A DNA stretch of 64,000 bases from Phallusia mammillata (Eukaryota). The stretch's first letter is position 1; each line of letters opens with the position of its first letter. A program made the translations under genes and the position numbers. Below the pieces are notes generated by a model, which saw only the letters and a list, made by a program, of their open reading frames with translations, did not search any database and was not told where the DNA came from. The stretch lies in contig OZ281496.1 in assembly GCA_965637545.1 (NCBI GenBank), positions 26,970,001 through 27,034,000 of the forward strand, in the 5' to 3' direction. Below are positions 53,229-64,000 of this stretch, piece by piece.

Positions 53229-56200
53229 AATAAAACTTGTGTTTCTGCAACGAAATTTAAAATTTAGTAAAAAATTGATATTATTGCACTCGCCTTTTCA
53301 TTGTGTTGCATAATTGCTTTTAGAAGTAGAATAAACATCGAGTCACAAAATTCTTCGGCCGAAAAACGCTTGATCCCGTGTTCAGGATCACATGACAAGC
53401 TCAGACATATTCACGAGAGACAGAAGAATCACATGATCAGTTTCCTCATTTGCTGATCCAATGTTGGTTTAAATTTTCTGATTGTCACACAATTAAATAG
53501 ATTAAAGAGATTTTTTTTAAATGTAGCCATCAACAAAATTTTTAGCTCTTCCAGCAGTTTTTATTAAAGTATGCCAACGTTTCCATGTCCCATACGTTAT
53601 GTAGGCATTTTGCCCAAAATCCGAAACCGAAGTTAAAACGAAACTTATTCCGTGGATCGCTTATGCCAATATTGTGATCTGCTAGTACCAAGCCAGGGGG
53701 AGAATAAACAAAAGCGCAAGGCAAGTGACAATTGGGGCAATTTGGTCGGGTAGAGAGAACCGGACGCCCGCGAAACAGCATGTGCGTCCGGTGTACGTTT
53801 TACAGCCGGAGTAAACGAGCCTTAGGTCTGGCCCGTTTAGCATGTTGACCCAGTCGCAAATCTCAGCCAGTCGCGGCGAAAAAACGCCAGGCGGGTTTGT
53901 CCACGCAGTAAAATCAGCGACGCCCGCTAAGGCTCTTCCTAAAGTGTATGCGCACCTGCTGGTTTTCTCGAGAAACAACTTACCTATTGCTAAAGCGACC
54001 ACGACGCTGACCACATTAATAAGCAGTAAAATGGTAGACCTCGCTTGTTTATAGCGACAATATGATATACTCTACAACGAATCGTGAGTAATAAGGGAAA
54101 AGGGTCGTTTCTCAATGCTTTTGCCTTATTACGGTCTTCAGGTATTTATAAGTTATGGGTTTATGTGTGTGATGTCACTGTGTTGGCACGAAAAAGCAAA
54201 TGTAACTATAACGGGTTTCTGGACGCATTTGTAAAATTTAAAAAATGTACTTAGGTTTTAGGCGTTGCGTAACATTTTTTTGTAAAACAAAATTATCGTT
54301 CCTTTATGACGCATCTAATTAAATTGCAGACAAAAACGAATTACCTAAACTAATATATGACGTGAATTTATGCAAACAATACATTAAAAAAATTGCAAAA
54401 TTCAATTGCAAAAACATATATTAACAATTTTTCAGCAACCTTTGAAAATCAATTTTAAAGTTTACACTGTTAACACATTTTTAACAAGACTTGACCAATC
54501 ATTATAAGACTCTAAAATAGGAAAAAATGTCGCAACTCAATACAGGCAAACTTGTTAAAAAGGTTTTTCTCAGGGCGCGTGGTACAATACGACAACAAAA
54601 CACGGCATGGTACAGACTGTTTAATTGTTCGTATTGTTGTTGCATGCGTTGGTCGGCGGAGAATCTTTGAAGTCGTCGGCAACAGTGTTTAATTTATGTT
54701 CTCCCATTGACAAAACAACCAGTTGCATTGTCCAAGCGGCATCGACAGATCTTCGCCCGTTTGTGACATAATTGCCAGCAGTCGCGCTGCACCCGTCGAA
54801 AATACACCGAATCCCGCTGATACAACTTCCCCCCATACAACTTGCAGTTTTGTAGAGACTTGTGCCTTCGCTAATCGATGCTGAAACCGCGCATTTGAAA
54901 CTTAAAGCAATAGAGTTTGCCTCGAAAACGCTAGTCACAAATTAAAAGGGTAGATTATTTAAAACTTTATTGAAAAGAAAACTTGTATTCGGTTTTGCAC
55001 TGATAATAGTAACAGAAATTGTCAAAACGTTTACGAAAAGTGTTTCGGAAAAAAGTTTTTGGCGGTTGCATTTTATTTTGATAAACTTAAAAGTTTTAAG
55101 AGAATAAAAACCACATTTTTAAATGCTTAGTTCAGTCAAAAAATAAAATATATCCATATGTAGCAAAATTGATATTTTTGTTTCATTAAATCAAATTTGT
55201 TGAACTAGCAACATAACTTGTTGGAATCAGGCTTCTGGGATTTAAAGCCTAAAACCTTGCCCCAATGCCCTGCTTTTTTATTTTCCCAAAAAATATCGAT
55301 AATCGATAGCTTGTTGTGCCAACGTTTCACACAACATTCTTCCGATTTCATTTTGTGGGTCGTAAAAGTCGTTCGAAGACAAAACATCAAAAGCAATGTC
55401 CCGGTTGGCCTTGAGTATCAAAGAGGGTGCAAAAGGGACAATGAAGCTTTTTACGGGAAGCCGCAAGTTTACCTTCGTGCCAGACGCCTCGTAGTCAGGC
55501 AATGTATCGTTTGACGTCATAATATTGACTCGCTTAAGCTAACATTTTTTATTGCCGTCTTTGCATGCATTTCACCTGTTAACCTATGGTGGCGCAAGCA
55601 GCCAAAACCTTGGAATTTTTTGATGAATGTTATAACTGCACAGTTCTGGTTCATTATAACCGCTAGTATATTATAATGCATCAGGTCGTGCCATATGGCG
55701 TAGCGCTTAGGCGTTTTATTATCAAAATATAAGAAAAAATGACAAATAAAGCAAAACGAAACCGAATTACAGGCAGTGTGAGCCCAGAGAGATGAATAAG
55801 CCCAAAAAACATGGGCCACTAACTCCAATGAAAACTCGAACTATTATGCAATATATGTAACAGCGTTGAAAAGACTATAAATATATAAATGGACGATCAT
55901 CTGTTTTTAACTTAACGATGGTTTGATTCAACCGTGAAATGCCAGTATGCAATAATTGGATAAAAAACAGCAAAAAATAAGAAAAAAACGACGCTGTAAC
56001 GGAACAAAAGCTGTGTTGACAGATAGGAATATAAAACTAGTCCTAAACGGTGTCTGAAATACAAATAAAAGTAAAATGGCGACTGCTCCAAGGCTGTTTG
56101 ATGCACTTTTTAGCTTTAGACTTCAAGCATAACTGTATTTCCAGCCTTTGGCGTACAATTGTGGCTTTATAAAAGTCGGATAAAGAACAGAGAGGGCAAT

Positions 56201-56767
56201 AAATTAGAAGGAAACCTGGTTTTAGCGTTTCGACATATTGTGGTGTCCTGACAAAAATATTTTTAATGACAGAAGTATTTTAAACCGTTATGCTTTGTTA
56301 AAAATATTCACTTGTATTTTAATTACCAATTTTTCTAAATAATATCCCAATCTTTGTTGTAGTGTATGGGTAAATAACCTGGACCAAATGTTCAGTCTTT
56401 TAACGAGCCTTAACGACTTTTTTTACATAATACAAAGAGAACTTTTTCAAAATCAATACCTCTACTGTTCAGATTAACATACAGCATGTGTCTTGCCATA
56501 TGGGAATGCTTGAGCGACAGACTGATTTAGGATAACGCTTTGAATGGGCCTACTATGTCTGTACTGTTAAATGTTAGGTGTTTTAGGCGTGTACAGTCGC
56601 ACATGCAAAGAGCCTTTAGTCGCCGACCAGTAGCACTTGTAAAAAAAACTGTGCAAAACGCGAGGTTTTCACACAATACACGTTTTCCATCTCATCAACG
56701 TGTCCAGCATGCTTGTTCCCACACAATAGGGCTTGACAACCCGTCATGTCAGGAAGTAGTTAAAACG

Positions 56768-58854
56768 TCAGGGACTAATAAAAGTCAGTTCTCGGCGTTC
56801 GTCGGTCTCTTCGTCGTTCGCTAACTTGTCTTCGTCCTCATCTTCGCCGCCAAGTTCCCCGCGGTTCAACATCCTTTTCTTCTTCATGCGACGATTTTGA
56901 AACCAAATCTTGACTTGTCGGTCGCTTAAGTTAACCCTATGGGCTATTGCCTCTCGCATTTCCCTGCTGATGAACTCGTTCATAGCGAATTCCCTTTCCA
57001 ATTCAGCTAACTGGTACTTGGTGTACGGGCGGCGGCGGCGACGCTGGTGACCGGTGCGGCCGATCGTCGTCATATCAGGGGAGTAATGCTGAGACGGAAC
57101 GCCGGGGCCGTAAGGTGGATGGTGGTGGTGATATGGCTGGTTGACTAGGGCCACTGGGTCGTGAGGAGCGACTGAAGAAAATAATATTATGTCACTATTT
57201 GTACATTTATGGGCTTGTACACTATGCTTGAGATGTGTTTCCACGTGAATTATAATGCGTTCGTTTTTGACGGGGTTTAAACTTTTGCTGGGCCAAAGAG
57301 AGGAAATTAAAAGACATTTTTTGACATTTTTATGAAAAGCACCTACACTTGTGCTACTAGAAGTGTGTGTTCCACAAGTTAACTGAAATTATTATGCGTT
57401 TTGTGACAAAATTACCATAGTGTCATAGTGAAGGAAGAAGATAGTGATTTTTACATTTTGTGCTATACGTTAGGTGCAACACTCGTATGACATTTGAAAT
57501 ATATTTCCTTAAGTGTTTTCAAAACTGTCACACATCCCCTGGCAAACAACAACCCTTTTTGTAAAATATCTGGAGTATCAAAAAAGACATAATACAAAAT
57601 TACATTTTAAATATCGGACGTCCAAACACAATATTAAAGCATGGGTGCCCGCCCTTTTATTTATGACTATAGTTTTCGGTAAGGGCCGATTTTATGCGAA
57701 TTGAAGACATGTTGCTTTATATATGTTTACCAAAGCAATCAGGATTTATTACATGACACAATAAAAAAACTCTTCAAACCAACCTTGAGAAGAGAACGGC
57801 GTAAAATCAGCTGATGGAGCGTGAAGACCGGTTTGGTGGTGATAATGTGGGTAATAAAAATGGGGGTATTGGTGGATTGGCGCACCGTAGTGGTCCACTG
57901 CAAAAAAAACTTATTACTTTTCCGCCAAAATATTCGGCTTCCAGATGAGAAGTTTGACTTACCAGTTCCGAAGTACAAGCCGTCTGTGGAATGACTGGTA
58001 GCAACCGCTGTGGCTTGACTGATCGAGTCAAACTGATGGTATTCGTGGCTGGCTGGGGTATGTGAAACTGAATACCTTGAATGATCCGTGTTTCCAACAT
58101 TACCGTACAAACCCTGTGAAGTTATGCGGGATTTTAAATCGTTTGTGTAGTACCCAGCACCGTGATCTTGCGCCGGTTTGCCGACTGTCGAAAATGCGGG
58201 ATGGATCGGGCTCGACATGTCGGTCTTGACCGGGATCGGTTGCTGCAAAACCCGCCGCGTGATCTCATCGACGCCCGACGTCGGCTGATGTCGGCCATTT
58301 TCCTGGTCGCTTTGGCTCACTGAAGCGAGGGACTTGGGCGAGACGCGCAGCTCCCCTGTTGAATCGGCGCCATCTACAGACTGGGAGTTGCTTACTTTCC
58401 GGTGTATTTCCGGAATGTATGAAGGCACGTTCTCGCCAAAGGAAATAGGTACGGAAGTGTGGTTTTTCCAAGGCTGGTGGGCTTCTGGTTTAATATGCTT
58501 CACCTCCCTTTGCAAATGTTGCACCGAAATTTGATCCTTATGACGGGTGTCGGTTGTTGGCAGAGCCGTGGAATATTTCGGCTGTTCAGACCAGTGGTGA
58601 ATATCTTCCCTACGTTGGTACTGGTGACTTGCAATGTGTCCTAGCTCAGCGTCACTAGGAAGCCTTGATCGCCCCAAATACCCATCTGAAGGGGAATATA
58701 CCTTTGTGGAGTCCATCTGTAAGGGAGGAGGAGCCGAATGTTCAATTGAAATGATATTTGGGGGCAATGATGGGGCAGGATGAGGGTTCCCGTCGCTGAC
58801 AACAAAATTCATGTTTAAGTGGTAATTCCCCGTTGAATCGCTTTGCGCTGTCAT
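56768..58854 (-). CDS. Hox12: Posterior (AbdB-class) Hox gene, ascidian Hox12 (Hox11/12/13) type, 2 coding exons
   Basis: Exon 58854-57963 (donor G|GTAAGT) splices in phase 1 to exon 57171-56768. Homeodomain [60 protein letters not shown]. No YPWM hexapeptide. The Hox12 label relies on remembered similarity to the Ciona gene; posterior-class status is secure. Confidence 0.85.
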
Positions 58855-59682
58855 TGGTGGATACGAGCAACGTGATGAGACACCTTTTATCCGACAAGTT
58901 ATAATATATAATGTAAACACCTGTAAGTTAAATCATTGGTATATTATGATGATTTTAAAATTCTGTTACGCCCTTAAAGAGATATGCGTTTACAATCACT
59001 TAGAACGTGTTAAATTCGCACACGCGGCATAAATTCGCCAAAACGATCTTGTAAAACAGATTTAACACAGTCGTATATTTTAGTTTACGGTGAATCGAGC
59101 CCAATAAATCCGACAACAGCTATAGTGATGCGAGCTGTAAACTGCCAAATATAAGCAGTTTTTGGCAGAAATATCTTGCCGCGAATGCTGTAATCTGTTG
59201 CTACCTGAAAACTATCCGTCGTATATTTTTTATTATAACCGACTTTATTACGTCGTTTTGTCACCTGCCCACTCATGCTGCAGTTAATCTGTACAAGCAT
59301 TAGGACGTTTACTGCTCATAAATATCTCGCAAAGGAACCAATGTCCGATCTATTATCGTGGAGCCACTGTATCGACACCTCGTAAAGAGCTATTTAGCTG
59401 CATAATAAACTACACTGCTAAGCAAGTATATTCTCTATCTGCCTTCAGTACTGCTCCTTCAATGCAAAAAAACTGTTTTCGAATCCATTATTTACGGAGA
59501 CGCATAACTGACAAGAAATGAGCGACTCTTTGTCGGACCTGTTGCTTATGAGTGATGCTGCTTCTGCTGTGCTGCTCATCAGTCAACTGATCATCTCTTT
59601 GCCATAAAACGCAAACTACGACGGGTCTCGTATGCCTAGCAGTGCCGTCAATGATTAGCTTTCTCTCAGGGCGGCTCGCCTG

Positions 59683-59692
59683 TGATTTATGG
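59683..59692. promoter_or_regulatory. Candidate PBX-HOX composite site TGATTTATGG upstream of Hox12
   Basis: Exact match to the established Pbx/Exd-posterior Hox consensus, about 830 bp upstream of the predicted ATG. Nearby: GCCATAAAA (59601-59609), TTTACGG (59491-59497) and TGACAA (59509-59514). Confidence 0.45.
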
Positions 59693-62200
59693 CCCAGCAT
59701 ACAAAGGAAAGGACCCAGGAATTAAAGCATTCAAAACAGTTATGACACGAAACCGCTTGCCTATTGTTTTAGGTTCGATCAGGGTCTACCACCGCCACGG
59801 GTCCTCATTTGCCTTTGAATTTCCCACACTGTTACCACCTATTGTTTACACTTGAAAGGGGCGCCTACGCTTATAGTGCTTTAGTGATTTAGGAGCTGGC
59901 TGCAACCGATACTTTTCAATTGATGACATGAACTGCCAGACATGACATGTATTTATTATTATTTTACCAACACTATTACATTTCATATCGCTGGACGTGC
60001 AGTCAGATGGATATGTTCAACAAACAATATTTTTTTTGTAGTTTAATGGTTGGAATGGAAGCTTTGGTCGTTTGGAATTATATGGTCATGTAAGGGTAAA
60101 ATTAATTGCATTTGTCTCAAATTGAATTATAGTGTTTTTATAAATTGTAAATCAATACTGTTAATAGACAATTGATATATTCCTGATTTCCTATACTAGC
60201 ACATGTAATAAAATCTAGTATAGGAAGTCAATAAATAAACAAAACCCACTTGTCGCACTGAGTGATATACCGTTTTCGGCGTCTTGCATTTTTCCAACAC
60301 CACGTCAGTTTCCATTACAAAGTGCTGTGTCAAGTTGGAAACGACTTCAGTGGTCTTCGTGCACGTTCCAGTCCCGCTGAAGACGCGTGATTGAATCCAG
60401 TTGAAAAAACATTGGCCATTTTCCAGCTCTGCTTTTAGTTACGTATCAATACATTGCGGCATGTGTCGTCTTGTATCATCCACTTGCGCTAGTGTACGAT
60501 GGAACCCTTCGATACCGCGGCTATGCCCATAGCGGGTATATTTAAGCAACAAAATTCCAACTACCAAATTTGTTGGCACTTGTTTTGACAAAAAATGCGC
60601 TATAAGTTTTTCTAGCCTTAAAGTTTGAACACAGAAAATTTCAACTACTTTTCGAAGTTTAAAAATTATAATACTCAAACCTGTTTCGAACGGCTTGTTT
60701 TGAACGACGGACTGCAAAAAAGCGATTTGGGTAAGAGATTGTCAAAAAATGTTTTGGGTCAAAAATACGAATGTTGTGGCATAAATGCGGTGTCAAAATT
60801 CTTCACGATATCTAACAAATTTTTATTTACTGTAATTTGCCAAATTTGTAAATAGCAAAAAGTGTGACTAAATTGTTTTGTGTTCGGGTTTTTCGATTTA
60901 TTCTCTCGGCGCAGGGCGGCAAGTCAAAGCAATCCACAAGAATGATGTCTTGTCTGTGCCTACCACACTCCCTAAACGGAGAAGTTGAGTTTGAACGCGC
61001 CGGCCTAGCACTTCGGCATCGGCGGAGCACGAAAGAAAACAGACACGGCATAAATCAAAGCGCCATGACCACTAACCAGCAGAGCTACGGGCCCTGGTTC
61101 ACAAGCAAGCACCGTTGGATAGACACAGGTTACCCAGGTCGAGGCTTCAAAGTCGCAGAGTCAGATCAAAACGGAGCGTGTAATTCAAATGCAGGTTTAT
61201 TGCTTATGTCCAACTGGTTTGATACTCTAAGCGTGCGAGGCGTTAACACGCAGTTCCCAGGAGTAAGAAAGCACGGCGTCGCTCGCTTCAGTGAAAGTTG
61301 GTTTACCTGTTTCAGTTTCCGAATGACATAAACATGTGCAAACGACTTCAATAAGCAACGAGTCGCTTCCGAAGTCTCGCGCGTTTAACTCCTCGCAATT
61401 ATGTCGTAACAAAGCGGGTGCCACGTCATATTACGACAGGTGCCCCGTGCCGTTCCACTGACTGACAAGACGTTAGCGACGGAATGTTTGCGACAAGCAA
61501 CTCGCTTTTTTGGCCGCATTATGTGCATGTCTTCAGATGTTCAAACTTAAATTTAACTTGTCGGCCTTGGGGGTTAAGCAAATTGCGTGCTCTTAAACAT
61601 GCAAAAGAGTCCACCAATCGCTTTCAAATTATCTGAATCAGTAAATAAAGTCACAGCTTTTTCGAAGTTGGAATTAAGTCGCTTAAAACCCAAAAAAATG
61701 TTTAAAATGAATGCAAGGGGCAAATTTGCACATAAATTGGTTGGTTTATTACTACCAGCAAAAAAAACATGCAGCATTATATATTATGTAAGTATATGTA
61801 TAGAACATTTATTAACGAGGCATATGATGACAATATTGCTTTTTTGACACTTGTTGAATTTGTATTTTTGAAACATTTTGATACATCACATTCAAATGAT
61901 CTTGAAATACTACATCTTATTAAAAAAAGTAGAACATGGCACATTTCGGACTTTCTGGGTATTTGGACTTACGTGTAAACAGTTATCCGGGATTCTAGAA
62001 TTTATTTCCGTTTTTACGAGGCAACAATCGATTTGCCGTGCTTTTGTAGCCTTTCCGTGGTTCGTATTGCCAATGCACAAACCCAAACCCCTCATATTGT
62101 TGTTTTAACATTCAGCGAAAATTTTTAAGGCTTCATGTGCAAATTACGGGTTCGCTTATGAAACAGAATAGCCTGTGAATGTTTTGGATAAGTTTTACGT

Positions 62201-62313
62201 AAAACGGCCCATTTGGCTGTTGCATGCAAGAAAACGGCCCATTTGGCTGTTGCATGCAAGAAAACGGCCCATTTGGCTGTTGCATGCAAGAAAACGGTCC
62301 ATTTGGCTGTTGC
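62201..62313. repeat. 30-bp tandem repeat AAAACGGCCCATTTGGCTGTTGCATGCAAG x ~3.8
   Basis: Three identical units at 62201, 62231 and 62261, plus a partial fourth with one substitution. No spacers. Confidence 0.95.
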
Positions 62314-64000
62314 GTGTTAGACTCCCGTTAGTTGTCATGCAAGCAATACGGCCAACATGAAAGAACCAGGTTTCGTAACATGCTGCTTACAAAGGCATTG
62401 TGAATCAAAGGAACTTATATTTGGCACTAAACTCTATATCAACGGCTTTGTGTATGTATTGTTAAATAGCAAAAATGTTTAGGACCCAAGAAAAAACGTA
62501 AACGATGGCCAGTCGAGAAATGCTAGGTTGAAGGGTTACTGATATAAACGTTGGAGTTAACAACCGGTTCTAACGACGACGTCAAACCATAAAAATATGT
62601 TATGGTATAATTTTGAGGTGTGGGTATAGTGTTTGATCTAAAAAATATATGAAATTATTTACCAAGCAAAATAAAAATCAAAGTCATTTTTATTGCTGAA
62701 ACAGTTTTAAATACACTTAACTATAACTAAACCATTTTAGTGCCTAAACCAATATTTTTCATTTTGCCTTAATATCGCGTCACGCAATAAGTCACTTAGC
62801 TACTGTGTGACCACATGGCGATAAAAACGCGAGTAACAGGGTTGCCAAAGGTTATGGGGTACCGTATGAGTTTTATTGCCACAAAAGAGACAAATTAAAG
62901 AGGGGCGCTGTTTTTTCGGCAAATTGAACACAGCCTTAAGGCTGCTTGAAAGTCAGGTTACAAGAAGCAGCCGTCAATGCAAGGCAATAAAGACCCTTAA
63001 GTTTAACAGCAAGGTTAAGGATATGTAGTAGCATCTTATTTCAAGCCAAGGTCGCCATTACAAGTCTTATTGAGCAAAACATGAGGATCACTTACTGATG
63101 AAAACGTTAAGTTTAGGAAGTCAGCAATTTATTAAAGCAAGTCCTGTAGACAATGCTTTGTTAGCTGTTTGGAAATGTTTTCATGTTTAAATCACATTTC
63201 ATTTTGTGCAGTTTTGGAGTTACCTCGAAAATTCAGATTATAAGAATAAAACTGCTCAAAGGCGTAGTTAGATTCTTGCATTGCCTGTATGTTTGATATT
63301 TAGTTCCTGTTTGGTCCGGGGGTGCTTTGTGCATCGCTTGCGAACGTATAGAGGTTGATCACAGGAAACCGTAAAAATATCGTTAAAGCGTAGCCTCTCG
63401 CCCGAGTCGTAAAGTCGAAAGGGGGCCGCTAACAGCCAAAGCTTCATCGCACTTGTGCTGTTTACAAAGAAGCTACCTGTGCTACATCTAAACCGGCTAC
63501 TGTTCCAGTCCACGAAAAAGCTTAGTTATTAGGTTGTGCGTATGAGGCAGAGTTTCGAAAATCGTTTTTCAAGTTAGTTGGGCAGGTTTACTGTTTTTTC
63601 ACATCAGTATATAAGAAGACATACAGTGAACTTATTTCGATTGAAAACTTGATTAGCCTATCTTACATTAAAAAGCGATATTCTTTTGTTGTAAATTACT
63701 AAACGTTTCGCAGCAAACGCTTTATGTGAATAAAAGTATCATCAATTAAATAAACAAATATGTAAACAGTGTTCTTATGAGTAGACATATGTTGCACATT
63801 TAAGTTTACACGAAAAAAGGTTAAACTAAGCGCACAAGAAAAATAAATATAATTTCGAATTGACGGTGAGGTGTAGGTATGCACTGCAGTGTGATGTACA
63901 TAAGCAGCAAAATCGACAGTAAAAACTATAACGCCGTCAATAGGCCTGGCGTACTACTATTTCAATATAGAGCTTGGCATATAACACGATTAATTTAACA

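Noticed and set aside
53542-54938. Overlapping ORFs in GC-rich patches 3' of Hox12, as a possible second homeobox gene such as Hox13 or Evx
   Set aside because: No WFQNRR or helix-3 motif in any frame I read. These patches look regulatory rather than coding.
56750-56762. Possible miR-196 site just after the Hox12 stop codon
   Set aside because: It needs a G:U wobble within the seed and lies very close to the stop codon, so it is too weak to call.
60864-61331. 155-aa plus-strand ORF upstream of Hox12
   Set aside because: It has a GTG start, no recognisable domain and no supporting exon chain. Openness is explained by locally higher GC.
62201-62313. 30-bp repeats of CRISPR-like length
   Set aside because: The units are contiguous with no spacers, in a eukaryotic genome without cas genes.

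Overview
AT-rich, intron-dense animal genomic DNA, most likely an ascidian (tunicate). This is inferred from short GT-AG introns, compact genes and a Hox12-type homeodomain resembling the Ciona gene as I recall it; the species is not determined. Gene order: a secreted LCCL-LCCL-EGF-cbEGF gene (-, runs off the left edge); an 11-exon gamma-butyrobetaine-dioxygenase-like gene (-) with small antisense ORFs nested in its last intron; MIC26/27 (APOO-like, -); a CEP55/TNIP2-like coiled-coil gene (-); OTUD5 (-); an uncharacterised multi-exon gene (+); a group I PAK (+); a calpain-5/6-type gene (-) whose catalytic Cys is replaced by Ser; a CpG-rich non-coding block with a clear miR-196 hairpin and, about 80 bp downstream, a second hairpin whose 5' arm starts with the miR-10 seed; and an isolated posterior Hox gene (Hox12-like, -) with upstream regulatory DNA. 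At least eight hAT-type MITEs with perfect 8-bp target-site duplications and two Tigger-like MITEs are present. All gene models were spliced by hand from the sequence, and family assignments rest on remembered motifs, not database searches.
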